From Bacteroidota bacterium (GTDB lineage: Bacteria; Bacteroidota; Bacteroidia; UKL13-3): a stretch of DNA of 64,000 nucleotides. The stretch's first letter is position 1, and every line of letters begins with the position of its first letter. The position numbers were made by a program, and so were the translations under genes. Shown piece after piece: positions 8,864-18,500 of this stretch. The notes under the pieces were generated by a model that saw nothing but the letters and a program-made list of their open reading frames with translations, did not search any database and had not been told where the DNA came from. The stretch spans positions 113,831 to 177,830 of the forward strand of contig JAZKEF010000027.1 in assembly GCA_040387195.1 (NCBI GenBank), in the 5' to 3' direction.

Positions 8864-9601
8864 ATGAAGATATTAGTTTGCGTAAGCAACGTGCCAGACA
8901 CGACAACAAAGGTAACTTTTACCGACAACAACACGAAGTTTAATACTGCGGGTGTTCAGTTTATCATCAATCCTTATGATGAATTAGCATTGACCCGCGC
9001 ATTGGAAATGACCGAAAAACAAGGCGGAACAGTAAGTACTGTAACCGTTGGATTGGCCGATACCGATGCAAGCATCCGCAAAGCACTTGCTATTGGAGCC
9101 AATGATGCCACACGCATTAACGCTGAACCGACAAGTGCCTATTTTGTAGCAGAACAAATTGCTGCTTATGCAAAAGACCAGGCTTTCGATTTGATCTTAA
9201 CCGGACGTGAGTCTATTGATTATAACGGAGGACAAGTTGCAGGATTGCTTGCCGAGATGTTGGGAATGCCTTCGGTAAATGTAATTACCAAAATTGACGT
9301 AGAGAATGGTGTTGCAACCATGGAGCGTGATATTGATGGTGGTAAAGAAAAACTGAGCTGCAAACTTCCACTGGTAGCTAGTGCACAAAAAGACCTGACA
9401 GAACCACGTATTCCAAACATGCGCGGGATTATGGCTGCACGTACCAAACCGTTAAATGTAGTTGAACCTGTTGCAGGCGAATTAACATCGGCAACAATCG
9501 GGTTTGATCTACCGGCTGCCAAAGGTGGTGTAAAATTAATCCCTGCTGAACAAGCCGAGCAGTTAATCGATTTGTTACACAACGAAGCAAAAATTATATA
9601 A
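8864..9601 (+). CDS. etfB: Electron transfer flavoprotein beta subunit
   Basis: MKILVCVSNVPDTTTKV... matches the EtfB N-terminus. The listed ORF start at 8669 is an upstream read-through overlapping the TPR gene. Confidence 0.93.
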   Translation: MKILVCVSNVPDTTTKVTFTDNNTKFNTAGVQFIINPYDELALTRALEMTEKQGGTVSTVTVGLADTDASIRKALAIGANDATRINAEPTSAYFVAEQIAAYAKDQAFDLILTGRESIDYNGGQVAGLLAEMLGMPSVNVITKIDVENGVATMERDIDGGKEKLSCKLPLVASAQKDLTEPRIPNMRGIMAARTKPLNVVEPVAGELTSATIGFDLPAAKGGVKLIPAEQAEQLIDLLHNEAKII

Positions 9602-9609
9602 GAAGCTTT

Positions 9610-9636
9610 TAGCTATTGGCTATTGGCCTTTAGCTT
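9610..9636. repeat. Short-period intergenic repeat, GCTATTGGC family
   Basis: tagctattggctattggcctttagct lies directly after the etfB stop. It is the reverse-complement sense of the AGCCAAWAGC repeats at 9685-9706 and 12594-12626. Confidence 0.5.
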
Positions 9637-9709
9637 ATGTTTCGCTAACAAAAAATATTTAAACCTAGCTCTAGTATTTAAAACCTAACAGCTAAAAGCC
9701 AAAAACAAC

Positions 9710-10678
9710 ATGAGTATATTAGTATTTGCAGAAAGTATTGACGGAGTATTCAAAAAATCAACATTTGAAGCGGTGAGTTACGGAAGTGAAGTAGCGAAAA
9801 AAACTTCATCAACCTGTGTAGCTGTTTCCATTGGAAATGTTGACGACAGTAAACTTGCTGAATTAGCCAACTATGGTGCCGACAAAATTGTGAGCATCAA
9901 AGGAGATAAAGCAGCCAACTTTGTTGCCGAAGCATACGCCAAAGCCATTGCCAATGTTGCAACAACTGAAGGATCAAACATTATTGTTATTTCAAACACC
10001 TACAGCGGTAAATCTGTTTCGCCACGTGTAGCTGCCAAATTAAAAGCAGGAATTGCCAGTGGAGTAATCTCCTACCCTGATACAGCGTCAGGTTTTAAAG
10101 TAAGACGCAGCGTTTTCAGTGGAAAGGCATTTGCGGATGTAGATGTAAAAACAGCAACCAAAGTAATTGCCATTACACCCAACACTTTTGATCTGGTAAA
10201 CAATACAAAAGCTGCGAATATTACTGTTGCTGACGGTGGTTTATCGGATGCCGACTTTGTTACACAAACAATTGAAGTATCGCGTGTAACCGGCAAAATT
10301 CCACTTACCGAAGCAGAAGTGGTAATCAGTGGCGGACGTGGAATGAAAGGTCCGGAGAACTGGGGAATGATTGAAGAACTTGCTACCATTTTGGGTGCAG
10401 CTACGGCTTGTTCAAAACCTGTAAGTGATATGGATTGGAGACCCCACTCTGAACACGTTGGTCAAACCGGTATCACCATTAAACCCAACTTATACATTGC
10501 CATTGGAATCAGTGGAGCTATTCAACACCTTGCAGGGGTTAGTTCAAGCAAAGTGATTGTTGCCATTAATAAAGATCCTGAAGCACCGTTCTTCAAAGCT
10601 GCCGATTATGGTATTGTGGGAGATGCGTTTGAAATATTGCCTAAAATTATTGAAGCTGCTAAAAAACTGAAAGGTTAA
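9710..10678 (+). CDS. etfA: Electron transfer flavoprotein alpha subunit
   Basis: 322 aa. The C-terminal FAD-binding region (VVISGGRGM, YIAIGISGAIQHLAG, IVAINKDPEAPFF) is typical of EtfA. Confidence 0.95.
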   Translation: MSILVFAESIDGVFKKSTFEAVSYGSEVAKKTSSTCVAVSIGNVDDSKLAELANYGADKIVSIKGDKAANFVAEAYAKAIANVATTEGSNIIVISNTYSGKSVSPRVAAKLKAGIASGVISYPDTASGFKVRRSVFSGKAFADVDVKTATKVIAITPNTFDLVNNTKAANITVADGGLSDADFVTQTIEVSRVTGKIPLTEAEVVISGGRGMKGPENWGMIEELATILGAATACSKPVSDMDWRPHSEHVGQTGITIKPNLYIAIGISGAIQHLAGVSSSKVIVAINKDPEAPFFKAADYGIVGDAFEILPKIIEAAKKLKG

Positions 10679-10700
10679 GTTCAGCTTATTCAACTTATCG

Positions 10701-10738
10701 AAAAATCCTTTTCACCTCAGGGCGGGAAGGATTTTTTT
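10701..10738. terminator. Bidirectional hairpin terminator between etfA and the convergent hydrolase gene
   Basis: AAAAATCCTT...AAGGATTTTTTT stem, with an A-run on one side and a T-run on the other. Confidence 0.5.
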
Positions 10739-11843
10739 ATGGTATTTGATTGACCAGGCTCGAAGCAATAAATGTCCAATCCATCTTGCCGTAACCGGAA
10801 CCCAATCTTACCACAATCATCTTCTTTGCTTTATCTACAAAAATATATTGTCCCAAATGTCCCTGCGCACAGTACTGATTCAGGTTATCGGTTTCGAGCC
10901 ACCATTGGTACTTATAGAAGGCTGCTCCCCCGTCTGCACGGTCAGCTTTGGTGCTCTCTTCAACCCATGAAGCCGGTACCAGTTGTGTTCCGTTCCAATT
11001 CCCCTTGTTGAGGTATAACCGTCCGAATTTTGCAAAATCGCGGGCACGGGCATTGAGGCAGCAAAATGTTTTTTCCATTCCCCCTTTTTTATCAATGCTC
11101 CAGCTTCCGCTGAATTCCGTTTGCATGGGTTTCCATAATTTCCGTTCCAGGTATTGAGTTACCGATTCTGTTTTTAAGGCCCTTGCCAATACCTGTCCAA
11201 GTAATTGTGTACTCCCGCTGGTATACTCAAACCGCATTCCCGGCTCTGATGCAAGCTTTAACTGAAGCGTTTTTTTCTCCAGCTTACGGCCATAATAAAA
11301 GGTAGCTGCGTCACCAAAAGGATTGTAGTAACTCTCATTAAATTGTATTCCCGAGGTCATTTGCAACAAGTGCCTGATCGTAACTTTATCAAATCCATTC
11401 TTCCCCATTTCCGGAATGTATTTAGTGATGGGATCATTTACACTACCAATCAAACCATCATCAATGGCACAACCAATCAATGCAGAGGTATATGATTTGG
11501 CCATCGAAAAAGAGGCCACAATGGATGCCGAATCGTAATCTGAAAAATAGCGTTCGTATAAAATACTGTCGTTGCGGATTACCATAAACGCAACTGTTTC
11601 CCGCTCCTTCAAAAATGATTCGAAAGGCTGCGACTTTCCATTTATTTCAACTGATTTCGGAGCAATTTGTTTCTGCTCATCTTTATAAAATGTAAAGGGT
11701 ATTACCGAAGCAGGCAATGCCCTTGCGGGGAAAATGTTATGATCGGTGATATCCGAAAAATTGTACCAGATAAACCTTCCCAGCTGACATGAAGGAAAGA
11801 GTAAAACGCAGATAGCAGCCAACGTGAGCAGTCTTTTGTTCAT
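10737..11843 (-). CDS. Serine hydrolase, beta-lactamase/transpeptidase-like family
   Basis: SxxK motif (SMAKS) and a beta-lactamase-family layout. The start at 11841-11843 gives the signal-like MNKRLLTLAAICVLLFPSC. The ORF extends to 11900. Confidence 0.85.
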   Translation of the reverse strand: MNKRLLTLAAICVLLFPSCQLGRFIWYNFSDITDHNIFPARALPASVIPFTFYKDEQKQIAPKSVEINGKSQPFESFLKERETVAFMVIRNDSILYERYFSDYDSASIVASFSMAKSYTSALIGCAIDDGLIGSVNDPITKYIPEMGKNGFDKVTIRHLLQMTSGIQFNESYYNPFGDAATFYYGRKLEKKTLQLKLASEPGMRFEYTSGSTQLLGQVLARALKTESVTQYLERKLWKPMQTEFSGSWSIDKKGGMEKTFCCLNARARDFAKFGRLYLNKGNWNGTQLVPASWVEESTKADRADGGAAFYKYQWWLETDNLNQYCAQGHLGQYIFVDKAKKMIVVRLGSGYGKMDWTFIASSLVNQIP

Positions 11844-11924
11844 AGCATCTAATTTACCCGAACTTACGAAATATCTCCGGCAAAATTTCACGATACCCAA
11901 AACTTTGCCTTATTTAGTTGCTGC

Positions 11925-12587
11925 ATGCAAGCCGACTCATTCATCAATATTCACACACACCACAAGCCTAAACTTGCAGAAGAGTTTGTGATCCGAAACG
12001 CCTACCTGCGTCTAAGTCCTGATCAGATTCAAAACTTACCCTATCATGTGTCGGCAGGATTGCATCCATGGCACCTTCACCAAATGACGGTAAACGAATG
12101 CTCCGACAGGTTAATTGATATTGCGTCTTCCGAAAAGGTGTTGGCTATTGGTGAAATTGGTATTGACAGAGCCATTGCTACACCCATTCAAACGCAGCTG
12201 AGTTATTTTGATGCCCAACTGAATGTGGCAAGAGCTTTGCAAAAACCGGTTATCATTCATGCTGTGAGAAGCTACAGCGACCTGATACCTTTTCTTAAAA
12301 AGACCAAAGTGCCGTTTATTTTTCACCAGTTTCAGGGCAATGAACAACAGGCCAAAGAGTTGCTGAAATACAATACCTACTTATCTTTTGGTAAAAACCT
12401 GTTCGAACCCAAAAGCGAACAAACTTTCAAAACCACCCCACTCGAAAACATCTTCCTTGAAACCGATACTGCTGCTCACATTCATATTGCCGATATATAC
12501 CGCAAAGCAGCCGAACTAAAAGAACTGCATATAGATGAGTTAAAATCAATTGTGTTTCATAATTTCGCCAAACTTAAAACGACATAA
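11925..12587 (+). CDS. TatD-family metal-dependent hydrolase
   Basis: INIHTHH, AIGEIGIDR, PVIIHAVRS and LETDTA motifs in the usual TatD order. Confidence 0.85.
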   Translation: MQADSFINIHTHHKPKLAEEFVIRNAYLRLSPDQIQNLPYHVSAGLHPWHLHQMTVNECSDRLIDIASSEKVLAIGEIGIDRAIATPIQTQLSYFDAQLNVARALQKPVIIHAVRSYSDLIPFLKKTKVPFIFHQFQGNEQQAKELLKYNTYLSFGKNLFEPKSEQTFKTTPLENIFLETDTAAHIHIADIYRKAAELKELHIDELKSIVFHNFAKLKTT

Positions 12588-12593
12588 AGGCAA

Positions 12594-12626
12594 TTAGCCA
12601 AAAGCTAACAGCCAAAAGCTAAACGC
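12594..12626. repeat. Short-period intergenic repeat, AGCCAAAAGCTAAC x2
   Basis: ttagccaaaagctaacagccaaaagctaaacgc fills the spacer between the tatD-like gene and tcdA. Confidence 0.5.
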
Positions 12627-12630
12627 TACA

Positions 12631-13359
12631 ATGAAAGAAATAAAACCATGGATGGATCGTACCAAGCTTTTGCTGGGCGAGGAAAAACTAACCAAACTCA
12701 TCAACTCAAATGTATTGGTGGTTGGACTGGGAGGCGTTGGAGGTATTGCAGCCGAAATGATTGCCCGCACCGGTGTTGGCAAAATGACCATTGTAGATGC
12801 CGATACTGTGGACCCAACCAATAGAAACCGTCAGATTCCTGCTCTCACAAGTACTGAGGGAAAAGTTAAAGCTGAAGTGCTGAAAGAACGCCTGCTCGAT
12901 ATTAACCCAGATCTGGAACTGACCGTGGTACCGGAATATTTCAGGGATGAACTCACACACAAAATTTTAGATGAAGGTAATTTTGATTATGCACTTGATT
13001 GTATTGATACCCTTAGCCCCAAAGTGTTTTTCATCAAAGCTTGTCTCGACCGGAAAATACCGCTGGTAAGTAGTATGGGAGCCGGCAATAAGGTAGACCC
13101 AACTCAGGTAAAAGTGGCGGATATTGCCGATAGCTATAATTGTAAACTGGCCAAATACACCCGTAAATACCTGCACAAATTTGGCATTTACAAAGGTGTA
13201 ACCGTAGTATTCAGTGCCGAAAAACCGGGTGAAGACTCTGGCATTGTGATGGTGGGAGCCCGTAACAAAAAATCGGCACCCGGAACCATCAGTTATATTC
13301 CAACAGTGTTTGGTTGTACGGTAGCAAGTGTAGCTATTAGAGGGTTGTATAACAGGTAA
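12631..13359 (+). CDS. tcdA: tRNA threonylcarbamoyladenosine dehydratase (ThiF/HesA family)
   Basis: VLVVGLGGVGGIAAEMIARTGVGKMTIVDADTVDPTNRNRQ nucleotide-binding motif. At 242 aa the size is typical of TcdA/CsdL. Confidence 0.85.
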   Translation: MKEIKPWMDRTKLLLGEEKLTKLINSNVLVVGLGGVGGIAAEMIARTGVGKMTIVDADTVDPTNRNRQIPALTSTEGKVKAEVLKERLLDINPDLELTVVPEYFRDELTHKILDEGNFDYALDCIDTLSPKVFFIKACLDRKIPLVSSMGAGNKVDPTQVKVADIADSYNCKLAKYTRKYLHKFGIYKGVTVVFSAEKPGEDSGIVMVGARNKKSAPGTISYIPTVFGCTVASVAIRGLYNR

Positions 13360-13473
13360 TTGTTAACTGTGTTGTTCTCTTAGGCTTTGAGTCTGTTGTC
13401 TTCGACTCCGCTCAGACAACCGGAAATTGTCAAATTACAAACAAACCAAAACTTCAGTTTACCTTCCACTGGT

Positions 13474-13504
13474 TGAGCGGTCCGATAGTTATCGAACGAA
13501 ACCA
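13474..13504. repeat. 31-nt dispersed repeat with palindromic core (copy 2, inverted relative to copy 1)
   Basis: tgagcggtccgatagttatcgaacgaaacca matches the reverse complement of 3314-3344 at 28/31 positions. Confidence 0.7.
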
Positions 13505-13569
13505 TCGGGATATAAACCAACGTTAAGTCCCAAACAGCCAACAGAAAACAACAAACCACAAACAGAAAA

Positions 13570-13601
13570 CCGCGGACTGCCGACTGCGGACTACGGACTC
13601 C
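13570..13601. repeat. Short-period intergenic repeat, CGGACTGCC family
   Basis: ccgcggactgccgactgcggactacggactcc. A 21-nt stretch matches 59218-59238 with 2 mismatches. Confidence 0.55.
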
Positions 13602-13681
13602 CCCTCCCGCTAAATTTAAAATGGCTTTTCCCATTCAATTTCCCATATTTGCGCCACTAAAATTATTAAACGTAACCATAT

Positions 13682-14911
13682 ATGACAAAAATTAAAGTAG
13701 CCAATCCGGTTGTCGAGCTGGATGGCGATGAAATGACCCGTATCATCTGGAAGTTTATCAAAGACAAACTGATTCTTCCTTACCTGGACCTGGATATTAA
13801 ATATTATGATTTGGGAATGGAAAGCCGCGATGCTACCAACGACCAGATTACCATTGATGCTGCAGAAGCTATCAAAAAATATAATGTTGGAATTAAGTGT
13901 GCTACCATTACACCTGATGAAGCACGTGTAGCGGAGTTTAAATTAAAACAAATGTGGAAGTCGCCAAACGGGACTATCCGTAATATTTTGGATGGAACGG
14001 TTTTCCGCGAACCGATTGTGTGCAGCAATGTACCGCGCTTGGTTCCTAACTGGACAGCTCCTATCTGTATCGGTCGCCATGCATTTGGTGACCAGTATCG
14101 TGCAACCGATTTTGTGACCAAAGGAAAAGGAAAACTAACTATCAAATTTGAAGGTGAAGACGGACAAGTAATTGAGCACGAAGTATACAATTTTAAAGGT
14201 GATGGTGTTGCATTGGCAATGTACAATACCGAAGAAAGTATCCGTGGATTTGCACATTCTTGTTTCAACACAGCATTGCAAAAAGGATGGCCTTTATACC
14301 TTTCGACCAAGAACACCATTTTGAAAAAATATGATGGTCGTTTCAAAGATATTTTTGAAGAAATTTACCAGGCAGATTATAAAGCTAAATATGAAGCGGC
14401 TGGCATTACTTACGAGCATCGCTTAATTGACGATATGGTTGCTTCGGCATTGAAGTGGAACGGTAACTTTGTTTGGGCTTGTAAAAACTATGATGGCGAT
14501 GTGCAATCGGATACCGTTGCCCAAGGATTCGGTTCATTGGGATTGATGACTTCTACGTTGGTAACTCCCGATGGAAAAACTATGGAAGCAGAAGCAGCAC
14601 ACGGAACTGTTACCCGTCACTACCGCGATCACCAGGCCGGCAAACCCACTTCGACCAACCCTATTGCAAGTATTTTTGCTTGGACCCGTGGTTTGGAATT
14701 CCGTGGTAAGCTGGATGGCAACCAAGAGCTGATCAATTTCTGCCAGGCATTGGAAACAGTGTGTGTTGACGTAGTGGAAAGCGGCAAAATGACTAAAGAT
14801 CTAGCTGTTTGTATCCATGGAAACAAAGTGGAGCACGGCAAACATTACCTGTACACTGAAGAGTTTTTGGATGCACTGGATGCAGGTTTGAAAACGAAGT
14901 TGGGTAAATAA
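13682..14911 (+). CDS. icd: NADP-dependent isocitrate dehydrogenase (eukaryote-like homodimeric type)
   Basis: 409 aa. [45 protein letters not shown] and the rest align by eye with IDH1/IDH2-type enzymes. Confidence 0.95.
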   Translation: MTKIKVANPVVELDGDEMTRIIWKFIKDKLILPYLDLDIKYYDLGMESRDATNDQITIDAAEAIKKYNVGIKCATITPDEARVAEFKLKQMWKSPNGTIRNILDGTVFREPIVCSNVPRLVPNWTAPICIGRHAFGDQYRATDFVTKGKGKLTIKFEGEDGQVIEHEVYNFKGDGVALAMYNTEESIRGFAHSCFNTALQKGWPLYLSTKNTILKKYDGRFKDIFEEIYQADYKAKYEAAGITYEHRLIDDMVASALKWNGNFVWACKNYDGDVQSDTVAQGFGSLGLMTSTLVTPDGKTMEAEAAHGTVTRHYRDHQAGKPTSTNPIASIFAWTRGLEFRGKLDGNQELINFCQALETVCVDVVESGKMTKDLAVCIHGNKVEHGKHYLYTEEFLDALDAGLKTKLGK

Positions 14912-14938
14912 GTTATTGGGTAAAATGAGTAAAGAAAA

Positions 14939-14971
14939 GCCTTCCTGTTGATGAAACAGGAAGGCTTTTTT
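14939..14971 (+). terminator. Rho-independent terminator of icd
   Basis: Perfect 11-bp stem GCCTTCCTGTT/AACAGGAAGGC, 5-nt loop, then TTTTTT. Confidence 0.8.
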
Positions 14972-15060
14972 ATTACTATATCTTGCAAAAAATTAGCCGC
15001 TGATTACACAGATTAATATTTCAATCTGCCGTTACAAAAAACTTCCAATAAATACTTCTC

Positions 15061-15366
15061 CTAAAAATTCTCCTGTATAATAAATCCAATAATAGCCAGC
15101 AGAAAAACGGATATCACAATTAGAGAAGCAAGTGTCATTAAATAATCTAAGAACGATATTACTCTTAGATATTTCATCAATTTAGCATCTGCAATTTCTC
15201 CTGATTTTATTGCGTGCCTCATTCTTTTCACACTCCCTTTCTCATCACTCTCTCTTTTAGGCAGACGATATTTAAATCTCCTTTGAACGTATATTATCAA
15301 ACACATTTCAATAATCCCGATAAGAAGACAGAAGTACAATGAATAGCTAAAAATGGCGAACAGCAT
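15061..15366 (-). CDS. Hypothetical small membrane protein
   Basis: 101-aa ORF with hydrophobic N- and C-terminal helices and a basic central loop. No recognisable family. Confidence 0.45.
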   Translation of the reverse strand: MLFAIFSYSLYFCLLIGIIEMCLIIYVQRRFKYRLPKRESDEKGSVKRMRHAIKSGEIADAKLMKYLRVISFLDYLMTLASLIVISVFLLAIIGFIIQENF

Positions 15367-15401
15367 CTGTTTTCTTTAAAATAAATCTGTGAAATCCGCG
15401 G

Positions 15402-16679
15402 CTACAAAAACTCGTACCCGATATCCTTCCGGTAATATTTCCCTTCGTATTCAATCTTCTCTGCATTGGCAAACGATTTTGCAGCGGCTTCCTTTACATC
15501 TTTCCCAAACGAAGTAACCGCTAATACTCGCCCGCCATTGGTTACTATTTCACCCTTTTCATTTTTCTTTGTTCCTGCATGAAACAACAGGGAGCCTGAT
15601 GTTTGATCAAAACCAGTCATCACCCTTCCTTTTGGATAATCACCCGGATAACCTTCACTCACCATCATCACCGTTACTGCTGTTTCATTGGATAATTTCA
15701 ACTCCACTTCATTCAGCTTTCCGGTACCTGTTGCCATCATCAACTCCACAAAATCCGATTCAATGCGTGGCAATACCACTTCCGTTTCCGGATCGCCCAT
15801 GCGGCAGTTGTATTCAATTACTGAAGGTTCGCCATCTTTATTCATCAACCCGATGAAAATAAATCCGACATAATGAATCTCTTCCCTTTTTAATCCCTCT
15901 ATTGTTGGCTTGATAACACGTTCCTCTACTTTTTTTATGAATGCTTCGTCAGCGAATGGTACCGGAGACACAGCCCCCATTCCTCCTGTATTCAGGCCTG
16001 TATCACCTTCGCCAATCCTTTTGTAATCCTTAGCCGATGGTAATATTTTATAGTTTGTTCCGTCTGACAATACAAATACCGAAAGTTCAATCCCGGTCAA
16101 AAACTCTTCCACCACCACTTTGCTGCTGGCCGCTCCGAATTTCTGTTCGTTGATCATGGCAGTTAATTCAGCTACTGCTTCTTCATTGCTTTGGCAAATC
16201 AACACGCCCTTTCCTGCAGCCAGTCCATCAGCTTTTAATACTACAGGCAAGGAATGTGATTTTACATACGCTTTACCTGCCTCAATATTTTCGGAAGTAA
16301 ACGTTTCGTAAGCGGCAGTGGGAATGCCGTATTTTTTCATGAAGGCTTTGCTGAAATCCTTGCTGCCTTCTAGTTTTGCTCCTTTTTCACCCGGACCGAT
16401 AAATGGAATCATTTTCAAATGATCATCCGCACCGAAATAATCGCGCATACCTTTTACCAGTGGTTCTTCAGGACCGATCACGATCAGCTTTACATCATTA
16501 TCGAGGCAAAACTTTCCTACATTGGTAAAATCCAAAGGATCCAGGGGAACATTGATGGCGAGGGTTGCGGTGCCTGCGTTTCCGGGCATCACAAACAATT
16601 TACCACACTGAGCACTTTGCGTAAGTTTATAGGCAAAGGCATGTTCGCGCCCACCCGATCCGACTAACAGTATATTCAT
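15402..16679 (-). CDS. purD: Phosphoribosylamine--glycine ligase
   Basis: MNILLVGSGGREHAFAYKL N-terminus, ATP-grasp core, C-terminal GGRVLAVT. Confidence 0.96.
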   Translation of the reverse strand: MNILLVGSGGREHAFAYKLTQSAQCGKLFVMPGNAGTATLAINVPLDPLDFTNVGKFCLDNDVKLIVIGPEEPLVKGMRDYFGADDHLKMIPFIGPGEKGAKLEGSKDFSKAFMKKYGIPTAAYETFTSENIEAGKAYVKSHSLPVVLKADGLAAGKGVLICQSNEEAVAELTAMINEQKFGAASSKVVVEEFLTGIELSVFVLSDGTNYKILPSAKDYKRIGEGDTGLNTGGMGAVSPVPFADEAFIKKVEERVIKPTIEGLKREEIHYVGFIFIGLMNKDGEPSVIEYNCRMGDPETEVVLPRIESDFVELMMATGTGKLNEVELKLSNETAVTVMMVSEGYPGDYPKGRVMTGFDQTSGSLLFHAGTKKNEKGEIVTNGGRVLAVTSFGKDVKEAAAKSFANAEKIEYEGKYYRKDIGYEFL

Positions 16680-16759
16680 AGTATCACGATTGAAAGGGCG
16701 AATATACTTTATCAGACGAAATCCGGCAGTTTATTCGGGCAATATTTTGAGCGAGACCG

Positions 16760-17152
16760 CTATTGCATCATGGATTCAAACTTCTGACGCGATGTTTCGT
16801 ATTCCTTTTTCATCCCGTCATCCATTTTGGAGGCAAAAGCTTCCACTTCTACCTTTAAGTGTCCATAAGCTTCCAAAGTGCCTTTCCCGAAAAATGGGTG
16901 TAATACAATCGCCTTTTTTTTATCCGCAGGGGTGACAACAGTATCAATTCTTGTGATAGCCGGATTTGTTGGATCTGTTGGCGTTTCAACAAAATCTGTG
17001 TCCGGGTACATTTTCCAAACCTCATTTTGGGCATATATGGAATCCACAAAATTCTTATACGTAAGCAGTGTTTTTTGAGCCTCGGTATCCCGGGATGATG
17101 TGCAGCTTGCAAGGATGAATACGATACAGGCGATAACTGTTGATTGTTTCAT
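16760..17152 (-). CDS. Hypothetical lipoprotein
   Basis: 130 aa. MKQSTVIACIVFILASC is a lipoprotein signal with a lipobox Cys. Confidence 0.6.
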   Translation of the reverse strand: MKQSTVIACIVFILASCTSSRDTEAQKTLLTYKNFVDSIYAQNEVWKMYPDTDFVETPTDPTNPAITRIDTVVTPADKKKAIVLHPFFGKGTLEAYGHLKVEVEAFASKMDDGMKKEYETSRQKFESMMQ

Positions 17153-17233
17153 AGGTTTTTATTGGTTTCTATTCGAATATAAACGTATTCAGTCCATTAT
17201 CCTACATAAAATACACTACCTTCGCCCCAATAT

Positions 17234-18415
17234 ATGAACCTGAACACTACCTTTAATATTGTTGCCAAAACTCAACAGGGACTGGAACCTCTACTGGCTG
17301 CAGAACTTGAACAACTGGGCGCAACCAATATCGAACAACACAAAAGAGCCGTGAGTTTTGATGGAGATAAGGCCTTGCTGTACAAAGCCAACCTTTGCCT
17401 GCGTACCGCTTTACGCATTATTATTCCTATTCACCGCTTTGAAGCGGTGAACGAACAAGAGCTATACAACGGAGTACAGGAAGTAAACTGGGAAAAATAC
17501 ATGGATGTAGACGGAACCCTTGCCATTGAAGCCAGCACCAATTCCGATTTATTTAACCATACCCAGTATATTTCTCAAAAAACGAAGGATGCCATTGTAG
17601 ACCAATTCCGCGAAAAATATGGGGTACGCCCAAATGTAGACATCATCCATCCTGATTTGCGCCTCAATCTGCATATCTTCCAGCATCAGTGTACTTTATC
17701 GCTGGACAGTTCGGGAGAATCATTGCACCGCAGGGGCTACCGGGCCGATGCCAATCTTGCTCCATTGAATGAAGTTACAGCGGCTGCATTGGTTTTACAC
17801 AGCGGATGGAACGGTGAAGGGGTATTTATGGATTGTATGTGCGGAAGCGGAACCATCCTGATTGAAGCTGCTATGTTTGCTAAAAACATCCCACCCAATA
17901 TGAACCGTGAACGTTTTGGTTTTGAAGGCTGGAGAGACTTTGATGCTGCGCTTTGGAAAAAAGTAAAAGAAGAAGCCCTTGCCGGCATTCGTGAAACCAA
18001 TGCACGTTTTATTGGCAATGATGCCGTATTTAAGGTAATAGAAATTGCCCGCAACAATGCCCGGAAAGCAGGTTTGGACGGAATTATTGAACTTACCAAT
18101 AAACGTTTTGAAGAACAAACGGCTCCTGCTCCCGAAAACGGAGGCATTGTAATCATGAACCCTCCATATGGCGAACGTTTGGATGTTGGTGAGATTGGTG
18201 CTTTTTATAAAATGATGGGCGATAAGTTTAAACAGGAATTTTCGGGGTATGATGTTTGGATTTTGTCATCCAACAAAGAAGCCCTTAAAAAAGTAGGCCT
18301 TGCTGCCAGCAAACGTTTGGTGGTTTGGAACAGCCAACTGGAGTGTAAGTTTCACAAGTTTGAAATGTACAGGGGAACCAAAAGAACGGATAAAGAGGTT
18401 AAACAGGAGAGTTAA
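17234..18415 (+). CDS. THUMP-domain class I SAM-dependent RNA methyltransferase (RlmL/RlmK N-terminal-like)
   Basis: THUMP-like N-terminus, SAM motif MDCMCGSGTILIEA, and catalytic NPPYGERL. Confidence 0.9.
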   Translation: MNLNTTFNIVAKTQQGLEPLLAAELEQLGATNIEQHKRAVSFDGDKALLYKANLCLRTALRIIIPIHRFEAVNEQELYNGVQEVNWEKYMDVDGTLAIEASTNSDLFNHTQYISQKTKDAIVDQFREKYGVRPNVDIIHPDLRLNLHIFQHQCTLSLDSSGESLHRRGYRADANLAPLNEVTAAALVLHSGWNGEGVFMDCMCGSGTILIEAAMFAKNIPPNMNRERFGFEGWRDFDAALWKKVKEEALAGIRETNARFIGNDAVFKVIEIARNNARKAGLDGIIELTNKRFEEQTAPAPENGGIVIMNPPYGERLDVGEIGAFYKMMGDKFKQEFSGYDVWILSSNKEALKKVGLAASKRLVVWNSQLECKFHKFEMYRGTKRTDKEVKQES

Positions 18416-18472
18416 CGATCTCTCTCATATTGCTCTGACAATTTTCATAAACCTTTTCCATACAAATATTGT

Positions 18473-18480
18473 TACGTTTG
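18473..18480 (+). promoter_or_regulatory. Bacteroidota -7 promoter box (TAcgTTTG) upstream of the NifU-like gene
   Basis: Matches TAnnTTTG, 20 nt upstream of the ATG at 18501. Confidence 0.4.
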
Positions 18481-18500
18481 TAAGCTTATTTTAAAATAAC

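Noticed and set aside
13380-13660. Two listed ORFs (84 aa on the minus strand, 77 aa on the plus strand) in the tcdA-icd spacer
   Set aside because: They are translations of the repeat-rich spacer (Pro/Thr/Lys/Gln low complexity) and are mutually antisense. The repeats explain the open frames.
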